This document shows positions 9,194 to 17,864 of a stretch of 64,000 nt of DNA, one piece after another. The notes beneath the pieces were generated by a model that worked only from the letters and a program-made list of their open reading frames with translations, was not told where the DNA came from and searched no databases. The stretch is from an uncultured Actinomycetes bacterium (GTDB lineage: Bacteria; Actinomycetota; Thermoleophilia; Gaiellales; Gaiellaceae), in NCBI GenBank assembly GCA_963775505.1, contig CAVZIL010000009.1, positions 43,987 to 107,986 on the forward strand, written 5' to 3'. How positions within the stretch are numbered: position 1 is the stretch's first letter; each line of letters opens with the position of its first letter. The position numbers were made by a program, and so were the translations under genes.

Positions 9194-9472
9194 ATGGAGA
9201 CGGCAGACCTGAAGCTGGACGGCAACGCACTCGGAGGCGCGCTCGGCGAGGTGTTCGTCGCGGAGATCACGGTCGCCCGCTCGACGTGTGCCTCGTGCGG
9301 GGCGGTGCGCGAGATCGGCGCGCTCGCCGTCTACGTGCAGGCGCCCGGGGCGGTCGCGCGCTGCCCGGGCTGCGACGCCGTGCTCCTGCGCGTCGTGCGC
9401 GCCGAGGGCCGCATCTGGCTCGAGTTCCAGGGCGTCAGCTGCCTCGAGCTCGGCGCCCCCGGCGAGTACTAG
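9194..9472 (+). CDS. DUF6510-family small Cys-rich protein
   Basis: LDGNALGG...CASCG...CPGCD pattern. It sits one base after the ferredoxin reductase stop, which is the conserved three-gene context. Confidence 0.7.
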   Translation: METADLKLDGNALGGALGEVFVAEITVARSTCASCGAVREIGALAVYVQAPGAVARCPGCDAVLLRVVRAEGRIWLEFQGVSCLELGAPGEY

Positions 9473-9477
9473 GAGGG

Positions 9478-9606
9478 CTTGACGGAACGCAGCCTGCGCC
9501 GCCGGGCTGCGCTGCTCGCCCCGAAGACTGCGTCCTCGGTCGCGCCCGTAGCCTCCGGCTACGAGCGCTCCCTGCGTCCTTGTTTCGGAACGACCATCGC
9601 ACCCCG
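9478..9606. repeat. Intergenic structured repeat, family B, copy 2
   Basis: Same core as 8310..8435. The hairpin is GCGCCCGTAGCC/GGCTACGAGCGC, with paired (compensatory) differences relative to copy 1. Confidence 0.7.
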
Positions 9607-9669
9607 GCGGCGAGCGACGTCCCGCCAATCCCTCCTAGCCCGTCCGTCCGCATCGTCAGACTTCGGAGC

Positions 9670-11838
9670 CTGTTCCTGCGAGCGGTCAAGATCCGCGGCT
9701 TCAAGTCGTTCCCGGATCCGGTCGAGGTGCGCCTCGAGCCGGGCGTCGCCGTCGTCGTGGGTCCCAACGGCTCGGGGAAGTCGAACATCGCCGACGCGAT
9801 CGTCTGGGCTGCGGGAAGCCTGAGCCCGAGCGAGCTTCGAGCCGAGAAGCCCGACGACGTCCTCTACGCGGGCTCGAAGGAGCGGTCGGCTGCCGACTGG
9901 TGCGAGGTCGAGCTTGTCTTCGACAACGAGGACGGCGGCGGGCCGCTCGACGTCGCCGAGCTCTCGGTCCTGCGGCGCGCGCACCGGGAGGGCGACGGCG
10001 AGTACCTCGTCAACCGCGCCCGGGTGCGGCGCACCGACATCGTCGAGCTGCTCGCGGACATCGGCCTCGCCGGCGAGCGGCACTCGATCATCTCCCAGGG
10101 CCGAGTCGAGGAGATCCTCGTCTCGAAGCCCGAGGAGCGGCGGGCCCTCGTCGAGGAGGCGGCCGGGCTCGGGAAGTTCAAGCGCCGGCGCCACCGGGCC
10201 GAGCTCAAGCTCGCCCGCGTCCAGGTGCAGGTGGAGCGTGCCCGCGACCTGGAGGACGAGGTGCGAAAGCGCCTGCGGCCGTTGGCGCTGCAGGCGAGCG
10301 CCGCGGATCGCGCGCAGAAGCTCGGAGTCGACATCGACAAGCTGAAGGCGCGCCTCGCCGCCGCCGAGCTGGAGGCGATCGACGCGCGCCTGGCCGAGGT
10401 CGACGAGCGCCTGGCGGAGGTCGGCCAGGAGAAGCGGCGGCGTGACGAACGCCTCGAGGGGGTTCTCGCGGAGAGGCGCCGGGCGGAGGACGAGCTTGCG
10501 GAGGCGGCCGGCCGCCACGAGCAGGCCACCGCTGCGCTCTACCGGCTCCGGAGCGCGCTCGAACGACTGGAGCTGCGTCGCGAGCGGGCGGAGGAGACTG
10601 CCGCCGCCCTGCGCGCCGACGCGGACCGTCCAAGGCTGCCGTCCCCGCGCAGGCCCCCGAGCTACGAACGGGCACTCGCCGCCGCAGGCGCGTGGGCGCC
10701 CGAGCGCCTGGAGCTCCCGGACGCCGTGGCGCGGCTCCAGCGCGCGCAGGCCGAGCGGCGCGACGCGCTCGTCGCTCTCTCGGGCGGCGAGAGCTGGTTC
10801 GCGGCTGACTCGGCGGCTGCCGCCCCTCCGCCGGAGGGGCCGAGCCGTGAGGATCTCCTGCGGAGGCTCGCCGAGCAGGCGGAGCGGGCGGCGGCCGTCC
10901 TGCAGGACGCCGGCGCCCGTGCGGTCCGGCTGGAGGCTCCGCTCAGAGCCCGGGTCGACGCGGGCGGGAGCCGCGCCGGCGAGCTCGGCGACGAGCTGCG
11001 GCGGCTCGGAGGCCTCGAGGCAGAGCTCCGGCTGGCGGCGACCGAGGCCGCGGAGCGCATGTCAGGGGTGGGAATCGAGCGAGCGCGCCTCGAGGCCGAG
11101 CGGGAGGAGGTCCTGCGTCGCGTGCCCGAGGACGCCGAGGCCGAGGCGCTCACGGAGGAGGAGGCCGAGGAGCTGCGGGCGCAGCTGGCCAGGCTCGAGC
11201 GGCGGCGTGAGGCGCTCGGCCAGGTGAACCCGCTCGCGGCCGAGGAGCACGCCCGTGAAAAGTCGAGGCTCGAGGAGCTCACGGTTCAGCGCGAGGATCT
11301 CGAGCGGTCGCTCGCCGAGCTCGAGTCGCTCCGCGACGAGCTCGCCGAGACCGTCGAGCGGCGCTTCGAGGAGACCCTGGGCGAGGTGGAGCGCCACTTC
11401 GAGGAGGTGGCGGCGACGCTCTTCCCGGGCGGCAGCGGCCGGATCGCCCGCGTCGACGACGAGGAGGGAGGCGAGCCCGGGATCGAGATCGAGCTGCAAC
11501 CTGCCGGCAAGCGGATCACCAGGCTCTCGCTGCTCTCGGGCGGGGAGAAGGCGCTGGGGGCGATCTCGTTCCTCTTCGCCCTCTTCCTCGCGCGGCCGTG
11601 CCCGTTCTACCTCCTGGACGAGGTCGAGGCGGCTCTCGACGACGCGAACATCGGACGGTTCACGGAGCTTCTGCGCAGATTCTCGGACCGTGCGCAGTTC
11701 ATCGTCGTCACCCACCAGAAGAGGACGATCGAGGCCGCGGATATCCTCTACGGCGTGACGATGGGCGCCGACGGCATCTCGCAGGTCGTCTCGAAGCGGC
11801 TGGCGACCGCGCCGCAGGCCGAGGCTCTCAGCGCGTAG
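9670..11838 (+). CDS. smc: SMC-family chromosome partition ATPase, short form without recognisable hinge
   Basis: N-terminal head (FLRAVKIRGFKSF, GPNGSGKSNIADAI), coiled coils, and C-terminal head (LSGGEKALGAISFLFALF, FYLLDEVEAALD), with smc-ftsY synteny. The conserved N-terminus begins at CTG 9670. The next in-frame canonical start is TTG about 9580, inside the repeat. Confidence 0.8.
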   Translation: MFLRAVKIRGFKSFPDPVEVRLEPGVAVVVGPNGSGKSNIADAIVWAAGSLSPSELRAEKPDDVLYAGSKERSAADWCEVELVFDNEDGGGPLDVAELSVLRRAHREGDGEYLVNRARVRRTDIVELLADIGLAGERHSIISQGRVEEILVSKPEERRALVEEAAGLGKFKRRRHRAELKLARVQVQVERARDLEDEVRKRLRPLALQASAADRAQKLGVDIDKLKARLAAAELEAIDARLAEVDERLAEVGQEKRRRDERLEGVLAERRRAEDELAEAAGRHEQATAALYRLRSALERLELRRERAEETAAALRADADRPRLPSPRRPPSYERALAAAGAWAPERLELPDAVARLQRAQAERRDALVALSGGESWFAADSAAAAPPPEGPSREDLLRRLAEQAERAAAVLQDAGARAVRLEAPLRARVDAGGSRAGELGDELRRLGGLEAELRLAATEAAERMSGVGIERARLEAEREEVLRRVPEDAEAEALTEEEAEELRAQLARLERRREALGQVNPLAAEEHAREKSRLEELTVQREDLERSLAELESLRDELAETVERRFEETLGEVERHFEEVAATLFPGGSGRIARVDDEEGGEPGIEIELQPAGKRITRLSLLSGGEKALGAISFLFALFLARPCPFYLLDEVEAALDDANIGRFTELLRRFSDRAQFIVVTHQKRTIEAADILYGVTMGADGISQVVSKRLATAPQAEALSA

Positions 11839-12794
11839 TGCGCACCTGGGCGGAGTTCCTCGGCGACCAGGAGAACGCCTCCCTCGCGGACGAGGAGAGC
11901 CGTCGCGGCTGGTTCGGGAGGCTGCGCGACTCGCTCAGCGCCAGCCGTCAGGCTCTGACGCGCGAGCTTCTCTTCGACCCCAGCGACGAGGAGGCCTGGG
12001 AGCGGATCGAGGAGGCGCTGATCGCGGCCGACTGCGGCGTGCCGGCCACCGTCGAGATCGTGAGGCGGCTCGAAGAGCGTGAGCCCGCGAGCCAGGCCGA
12101 CCTCGTCGACGGCCTCGAGGAGGTCGTGGCCGAGCTCGTCACCGTCGAAGGACAGGGGAGGCTCGGCCTCGACGGGCGCCCGACGGTCGTCCTCGTCGTC
12201 GGCGTCAACGGCACGGGCAAGACGACGACGATCGGCAAGCTCGCGCACCGGCTCCAGGAGTCCGGACGCTCGGTCGTGCTGGCCGCGGCGGACACCTTCC
12301 GCGCCGCGGCGGAGGAGCAGCTCGAGATCTGGGCGGAGCGGGCCGGGGCAGACTTCGTCGGCTCCCAGCGCGGCGCCGACCCCGCGGCGGTGGCCTTCGA
12401 CGCCATCTCCGCGGCCGAGGCCCGCGGGCGCGACGTGGTCGTCGTCGACACGGCGGGACGCCTGCACACGCAGACGAACCTGATGGAGGAGCTCGCCAAG
12501 GTCCGGCGGGTGATCGGGCAGCGGCTGGAAGGCGCCCCGCACGAGACGCTGCTCGTCCTCGACGCGACCACCGGCCAGAACGGCGTGCGCCAGGCCAAGC
12601 TCTTCGACGACGCGGTCGGCCTGACGGGCGTCGCCCTGACCAAGCTGGACGGGACGGCGAAGGGCGGCGTCGCGGTCGCGGTGAGCCACGAGGTCGGCCT
12701 GCCCGTGAAGCTCGTCGGCGTCGGGGAGAGCCTGGACGACCTGCAGCCGTTCGACCCCGAGGACTTCGCCCGAGCCCTGGTCGGCCGCGGCTGA
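11838..12794 (+). CDS. ftsY: Signal recognition particle receptor FtsY
   Basis: The GTG start shares one base with the smc stop (TAGTG). Motifs GVNGTGKTTTIGKLA, DTAGR and TKLDGTAKGG. Confidence 0.9.
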   Translation: MRTWAEFLGDQENASLADEESRRGWFGRLRDSLSASRQALTRELLFDPSDEEAWERIEEALIAADCGVPATVEIVRRLEEREPASQADLVDGLEEVVAELVTVEGQGRLGLDGRPTVVLVVGVNGTGKTTTIGKLAHRLQESGRSVVLAAADTFRAAAEEQLEIWAERAGADFVGSQRGADPAAVAFDAISAAEARGRDVVVVDTAGRLHTQTNLMEELAKVRRVIGQRLEGAPHETLLVLDATTGQNGVRQAKLFDDAVGLTGVALTKLDGTAKGGVAVAVSHEVGLPVKLVGVGESLDDLQPFDPEDFARALVGRG

Positions 12795-12854
12795 CCCACT
12801 CTCGGCACGAATCGGCGCCCCACACGCGCGGAGTCCGACGATAGCGTTGATTCA

Positions 12855-12872
12855 GGGGGGCCTCGACCCCCC
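12855..12872 (+). terminator. G6/C6 stem-loop downstream of ftsY (weak terminator candidate)
   Basis: GGGGGG-cctcga-CCCCCC lies 60 nt after the ftsY stop. There is no U-tract. Confidence 0.25.
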
Positions 12873-12962
12873 AGCGGATGCATCCGCCGGTGATACGGCC
12901 GTACCGCGGCCGCCCCTCGGCATGGGCTAGCGAAAACCCGCGGCTACACTTCCCGCCGGCTC

Positions 12963-14300
12963 ATGTTCGACACGCTGTCCGACAAGCTGCAGGGCGCGCT
13001 CGGCGATCTCCGGGGGCGCGGTGTCCTCACCGAGGAGGACCTCTCGCGAGCGATGCGCGAGATCCGGCTCGCGCTGCTCGAGGCGGACGTCAACTTCAAA
13101 GTCGTCAAGGAGTTCGTGACGCGAGTGCGCGAACGCGCGACGGGCGCTGCGGTCACGAAGAGCCTCAAGCCGGGCGAGGAGGTCGTCAGGATCGTCCACG
13201 AGGAGCTGACGGAGCTCATGGGGTCGGGCGGCTCCAAGCTCGCCTTCTCGGGACGGCCGCCGACGGTGATCCTCCTCGCCGGCCTGCAGGGATCGGGCAA
13301 GACGACCGCCGCGGCAAAGCTCGCTCTGCTCCTGCGCAAGCAGGAGGGGCGCTCGCCTGCGCTGGTCGCCGCCGACCTGCAGCGGCCTGCGGCGATCGAC
13401 CAGCTGGAGCAGCTCGGTAGGCAGATCCAGGTCCCCGTCTACCTGGACCGAACGACGAAGGACGCGGTGGCGGTCGCGCGCCACGGGCTCGAGCAGGCGC
13501 AGGCGCAGGGACGCGACGTCGTCGTCGTCGACACCGCGGGGCGCCTCCAGATCGACGAGCCGCTCATGGAGGAGCTGGCGGCGGTGCGCAAGACCGTGAA
13601 GCCGCACAACGTACTCCTCGTCCTCGACGCCATGACGGGCCAGGAGGCCGTCGCGGTCGCCGAGGCGTTCCAGGAGCGCGTCGACTTCGACGGCGTCGTC
13701 CTGACGAAGCTCGACGGGGACGCCCGCGGCGGCGCGGCCCTCTCCGTCAAGGCGGTCACCGGCAAGCCGATCAAGCTCGCGTCCACCGGCGAGAAGCTCG
13801 ACCAGCTCGAGTACTTCCACCCCGACCGGATGGCGTCGCGGATCCTCGGCATGGGCGACGTGCTCACGCTGATCGAGAAGGCCGAGCAGGCCGCCGAGGC
13901 GGACGAGCAGGAGGAGATGGAGCGCCGCCTCCGTGCCGGGCAGTTCACGTTCGAAGATTTCCTCCAGAGCTACCGGATGATGCGGCGCATGGGCCCGCTC
14001 AAGTCGATCGTCGGGCTGGTCCCGGGGCTGGGCAAGCAGCTCCAGGGAGCTGACGTGGACGACCGGGAGCTGAGCAAAGTCGAGGCGATCGTCCTCTCGA
14101 TGACGGTGGAGGAGCGCCGCCGACCGGAGCTCATCAACGGGTCGCGCCGGGCCCGGATAGCGAAGGGGAGCGGCACGACCGTGCAGCAGGTGAACCAGCT
14201 GCTGAACGCGCGTAAGCAGATGGCGAAGATGGTGAAGCAGATCGGGAAGGGGAAGACGCCCAACCTGCAGTCGATCGCGGCCGCCCAGAGGCGTCGCTAG
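12963..14300 (+). CDS. ffh: Signal recognition particle protein Ffh
   Basis: [34 protein letters not shown], and a Met-rich M domain. Confidence 0.95.
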   Translation: MFDTLSDKLQGALGDLRGRGVLTEEDLSRAMREIRLALLEADVNFKVVKEFVTRVRERATGAAVTKSLKPGEEVVRIVHEELTELMGSGGSKLAFSGRPPTVILLAGLQGSGKTTAAAKLALLLRKQEGRSPALVAADLQRPAAIDQLEQLGRQIQVPVYLDRTTKDAVAVARHGLEQAQAQGRDVVVVDTAGRLQIDEPLMEELAAVRKTVKPHNVLLVLDAMTGQEAVAVAEAFQERVDFDGVVLTKLDGDARGGAALSVKAVTGKPIKLASTGEKLDQLEYFHPDRMASRILGMGDVLTLIEKAEQAAEADEQEEMERRLRAGQFTFEDFLQSYRMMRRMGPLKSIVGLVPGLGKQLQGADVDDRELSKVEAIVLSMTVEERRRPELINGSRRARIAKGSGTTVQQVNQLLNARKQMAKMVKQIGKGKTPNLQSIAAAQRRR

Positions 14301-14316
14301 AGAGAGAAAGGACCGA

Positions 14317-14556
14317 ATGGCAACTCGCATCAGACTGGCCCGCGTGGGCTCCAAGAAGAACCCGATCTACCGGGTCGTCGTCGCCGACGCGCGCTCGCCG
14401 CGCGACGGGCGCTTCATCGAGATCGTCGGGCGCTACAACCCGCAGACGGACCCGTCGACGATTTCCCTCGACGCCGAGAAGATCCAGGAGTGGATCGGCA
14501 AGGGCGCGCAGCCGAGCGACTCGGTCAAGCGCCTCATGAAGGCCCAGGGAATCTAG
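14317..14556 (+). CDS. rpsP: 30S ribosomal protein S16
   Basis: [35 protein letters not shown]. Confidence 0.95.
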   Translation: MATRIRLARVGSKKNPIYRVVVADARSPRDGRFIEIVGRYNPQTDPSTISLDAEKIQEWIGKGAQPSDSVKRLMKAQGI

Positions 14557-14566
14557 GCCGTACCCC

Positions 14567-14803
14567 ATGGAGGAAATGCTCGAATACCTCGCCAGAAACC
14601 TCGTCGAGAGACCTGACGAGGTGCGGGTCGAGCGCACCGAGCGCGACGGGGCGGTCGTGCTCAGGCTTCACGTCGCCGAGGAGGACATCGGCAAGGTGAT
14701 CGGCCGCCAGGGACGCATCGCCAGGGCGCTGCGGACGCTCGTGCGCGCAAGCGGCGGGCGCCGGCACGAGCGCGCGCTGCTCGAGATCGTTGACGCCCGC
14801 TGA
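14567..14803 (+). CDS. KH-domain RNA-binding protein (YlqC-like)
   Basis: VIGRQGRIARALRTLVRA KH motif, at the conserved position between rpsP and rimM. Confidence 0.85.
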   Translation: MEEMLEYLARNLVERPDEVRVERTERDGAVVLRLHVAEEDIGKVIGRQGRIARALRTLVRASGGRRHERALLEIVDAR

Positions 14804-15263
14804 CCGCTGGGTCGCCGTGGGCCGGGTCGGTCGTCCGCACGGCCTCGCGGGAGCGTTCGTCGTCGAGCGGGCAAGCGAGGATCCCGCTCGTTTCGCGGAA
14901 GGCGCGACCGTCTACGCCGGCCGCGAGCCGGTCACGGTCGTCGAGAGCAAGCGCTCGGGCGGACGGCTCGTGGTCCGTCTCGATCGGAACGTCGCGCGGG
15001 GCGCCGCGCTCGAGGTTCCCGCGTCCGAGCTGCCTCCGGCAGGCGCGGGCCGGTACTACGTCTTCGAGCTCGTCGGCCTCTCGGTCGTCGAGGAGGGCGG
15101 GAGGGTGCTGGGCCTCGTGGAGGACGTGACGCCCGGCGTGGCGAACGACGTCCTCGAGGTGGAGGGAGGGATCGCGCTGCCGCTGGTGGAGGAATGCGTT
15201 CGCGCGGTCGATCTCGAGGAGGGCCGGATTCTGATTGCGCCCGGTTTCGTGCCCGAAAGCTAA
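14790..15263 (+). CDS. rimM: 16S rRNA processing protein RimM
   Basis: The TTG start overlaps the KH gene end. VAVGRVGRPHGLAGAFVV N-terminus and a PRC-barrel C-terminus. Confidence 0.85.
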   Translation: MTPADRWVAVGRVGRPHGLAGAFVVERASEDPARFAEGATVYAGREPVTVVESKRSGGRLVVRLDRNVARGAALEVPASELPPAGAGRYYVFELVGLSVVEEGGRVLGLVEDVTPGVANDVLEVEGGIALPLVEECVRAVDLEEGRILIAPGFVPES

Positions 15264-15274
15264 TCTCGCAGCCG

Positions 15275-15931
15275 ATGCAGATCGACGTCTTCACACTGCT
15301 TCCACACGCCTTCTCGTGGCTGACCGAGCAGCGTCCGGTCGCAGCCGTGCTGGGCTCCGAGCTCGATCTGCGCTTCCTCAACTACCGCGACTACACCCCT
15401 CTCACCGGGGGGCAGGTCGACGACGAGCCGTACGGCGGTGGGGCGGGCATGGTGCTGCGCGTCGACGTCGTCTGCGCCGCACTCGAGGCCGTCTACGACG
15501 AGCCCGACGGCCGCCGAGTGCTCGCCTTCTCGCCACAGGGGCGGCAGCTCGACCAGGCTCTCGTCGACGAGTTGGCCGGCGAGGAGGCCATGACCCTGCT
15601 CTCCGCGCGCTTCGAAGGCTTCGACGAGCGCATCCTGGAGTACGTCGCCACCGACGTCGTCTCGATCGGGCCGTACGTCCTCTCCGGCGGCGAGCTACCG
15701 GCCATGGTCCTCCTGGACGCGGTGGCCAGGCGCCTCCCCGGCGCCATCCGGGAGGAGAGCGCCGCCGTCGAGAGCTTCTCCGCCGCCCTCGAGGGCGGCT
15801 TCGAGTACCCGCACTACACGCGGCCGGCCGAGTTCCGGGGCTGGCGCGTGCCCGAGGTGCTCCTCTCGGGCAACCATGCCCTCATCGAGACGTGGCGGCG
15901 GGATCGAAGCAGGGAAAGGACGCTCTCGTGA
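15275..15931 (+). CDS. trmD: tRNA (guanine37-N1)-methyltransferase TrmD
   Basis: MQIDVFTLLPHAF start at ATG 15275, PYGGGAGMVL, and LSGNHALIETWRR. Confidence 0.9.
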   Translation: MQIDVFTLLPHAFSWLTEQRPVAAVLGSELDLRFLNYRDYTPLTGGQVDDEPYGGGAGMVLRVDVVCAALEAVYDEPDGRRVLAFSPQGRQLDQALVDELAGEEAMTLLSARFEGFDERILEYVATDVVSIGPYVLSGGELPAMVLLDAVARRLPGAIREESAAVESFSAALEGGFEYPHYTRPAEFRGWRVPEVLLSGNHALIETWRRDRSRERTLS

Positions 15932-16039
15932 GCGTCGCTCGCCTCCGGCTCGCTCCCGTGGGGGAAACGCATGTTTCCCCCACGTGCCCCCTTCTTCGAG
16001 ACAGTGAGGGAACCTCCCGGTTCCCTCACACACCCTCCA
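15929..16039. repeat. Intergenic double-hairpin repeat, family A, copy 2
   Basis: Aligns with 6888..6995. It has the same two hairpins (GTGGGGGAAAC/GTTTCCCCCAC and GTGAGGGAACC/GGTTCCCTCAC). Confidence 0.8.
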
Positions 16040-16064
16040 CTGCTCATAGGCCAAGGATCGGCCT

Positions 16065-16664
16065 ATGAGCGGCCCGCTCGACCGCGTGACCTCGTCGCTG
16101 CCGCAGCCCTGGGACACGGTTGTCGACTGGGCGGTGACGATCGCGATCGCCGTCGCGGCCGTGCTCGCGATCAAGACGTGGGTCGTGAACCCGTACCGGA
16201 TCCCCTCGTCCTCGATGGAGCCGACCCTCCACTGCGCAGAGCCGGCGGCCGGCTGCCAGGCCGGTGCCTCCGACCGGGTGCTCGCCAACCGCTTCATCTA
16301 CCGCTTCCGCGACCCGAGCCGAGGGGACATCGTCGTCTTCGACACCCCCGAGCGCGCGGTGCGGCGCTGCGGGGCGGGCGGGACCTTCGTCAAGCGCCTC
16401 GTCGGCCTCCCTGGAGAGCGCATCTCGAGCGCGCAGGGCGTCGTCTACATCGACGGAGAGCGCCTCGACGAGCCGTACGTGAACGGCGGGCCTCCCGGGC
16501 CGGACTTCCGGGAGCGGGTGCTGGGAGCCGACGAGTACTTCATGCTGGGCGACAACCGTGGTCAGTCCTGCGACAGCCGAAAGTGGGGACCCGTGACGCG
16601 GGACGACCTCATCGGGCCCGTGTTCGCCATCTACTGGCCGCTCACCCGGCTCGGTCTCTACTAG
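16065..16664 (+). CDS. lepB: Signal peptidase I, copy 1
   Basis: N-terminal TM, the PSSSMEPTL catalytic Ser box, GDIVVF, KRLVGLPGE and GDNRGQSCDSR. Confidence 0.9.
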   Translation: MSGPLDRVTSSLPQPWDTVVDWAVTIAIAVAAVLAIKTWVVNPYRIPSSSMEPTLHCAEPAAGCQAGASDRVLANRFIYRFRDPSRGDIVVFDTPERAVRRCGAGGTFVKRLVGLPGERISSAQGVVYIDGERLDEPYVNGGPPGPDFRERVLGADEYFMLGDNRGQSCDSRKWGPVTRDDLIGPVFAIYWPLTRLGLY

Positions 16665-17278
16665 CAGAGGCCTGGGAGGCCGTCTTCTTCCGCCGCAAGC
16701 TCGAGTCGCTCCCTGCCCCCTGGCCGACGGTCGTCGACTGGGCGCTGACGATCGCGCTCGCGGTCGTCGCCGTGCTCGCGATCAAGGCGTGGGTCGTGAA
16801 CCCGTACCGCATCCCGTCCTCCTCGATGGAGCCCACGCTCCACTGCGCGAGACCGGCACAGGGCTGCCAGGCGGCCAGGTCGGACCGGGTGCTCGCCAAC
16901 CGCTTCGTCTACCACTTCTCCGACCCCGAGCGGGGCGACATCGTCGTCTTCGAGACGACGCCCGAGGCCGAGAGGGTCTGTCCCGGGCCCGGGGGCGTGT
17001 TCGTGAAGCGCCTGGTCGGTCTCCCCGGCGACACGATCGAGGTTCGTGACGGCCAGCTGTACCTGAACGATGTTCCCCAGCCCGAGCCGTACGTCAACGG
17101 AACGGACGCGGGCGGAAACTTCGGGCCGGAAACGGTTGGCGAGGACCAGTACTTCATGATGGGAGACAATCGCAACGACTCCTGCGACAGCCGGCGCTGG
17201 GGCACCGTTCCGCGGGAGAACCTCATCGGCCCCGTGTTCGCGCGCTACTGGCCGGTCCAGCGGATCGGCTTCCAGTGA
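16583..17278 (+). CDS. lepB: Signal peptidase I, copy 2 (tandem paralogue; start uncertain)
   Basis: Same boxes (PSSSMEPTL, GDIVVF, KRLVGLPGD, GDNRNDSCDSR). The only canonical in-frame start is GTG 16583, 82 nt inside copy 1. CTG 16634 is an alternative. Confidence 0.8.
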   Translation: MGTRDAGRPHRARVRHLLAAHPARSLLAEAWEAVFFRRKLESLPAPWPTVVDWALTIALAVVAVLAIKAWVVNPYRIPSSSMEPTLHCARPAQGCQAARSDRVLANRFVYHFSDPERGDIVVFETTPEAERVCPGPGGVFVKRLVGLPGDTIEVRDGQLYLNDVPQPEPYVNGTDAGGNFGPETVGEDQYFMMGDNRNDSCDSRRWGTVPRENLIGPVFARYWPVQRIGFQ

Positions 17279-17326
17279 GAGCGTGCGTTCGCTAGCATTC
17301 CCGCGCGGCCTCGGGCCGCCCTTTTC

Positions 17327-17677
17327 ATGACCACGCCGATCGACATCCTCGAGCGCAAGCAGCTGCGCGACGACATCCCGCAGTTCAAGGCGGGCGACAC
17401 GGTGCGCGTTCACTTCCAGGTGATCGAGGGACAGCGCCGCCGGGTTCAGGTCTTCGAGGGCATCGTCCTCAAGCGCCAGGGCGCCGGCGTGCGCGAGACC
17501 TTCACGGTCCGCAAGAACTCCTTCGGCGTCGGCGTCGAGCGGACGTTCCCGCTCCACTCGCCCAAGATCGACAGGATCGAGGTGGCCGCGATCGGCGACG
17601 TCAATCGCGCCAAGCTCTACTACTTGCGCTCGAAGGTGGGCAAGAAGGCGCGCGTGCGCGAGAAGCAGCGGACCTAG
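17327..17677 (+). CDS. rplS: 50S ribosomal protein L19
   Basis: [33 protein letters not shown]. Confidence 0.95.
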   Translation: MTTPIDILERKQLRDDIPQFKAGDTVRVHFQVIEGQRRRVQVFEGIVLKRQGAGVRETFTVRKNSFGVGVERTFPLHSPKIDRIEVAAIGDVNRAKLYYLRSKVGKKARVREKQRT

Positions 17678-17680
17678 TAG

Positions 17681-17712
17681 TTCGAGAACGGCCGCAAGCG
17701 GCCGTTCTCGAA
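17681..17712 (+). terminator. Perfect 15-bp stem-loop directly after rplS
   Basis: TTCGAGAACGGCCGC-aa-GCGGCCGTTCTCGAA starts 4 nt after the rplS stop. There is no clear U-tract, as is common in high-GC genomes. Confidence 0.6.
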
Positions 17713-17864
17713 GGGGCGCACTCTTCCGGCGGACGCTCGCACGAACAGCCGCCCTCCTCGCCAAGCAGAGGCACATCGACAACCGTGCCGTGTTCCACGC
17801 TGTTCTGTACCGGAAGGGGCCTCCCCGGGCGTGCGCATCGTCCGCCCGCGCTATTCTCGGGCCC

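Noticed and set aside
12927-14354. 475-aa minus-strand ORF antisense to ffh.
   Set aside because: It is a shadow frame of a highly conserved gene, with no recognisable domain.
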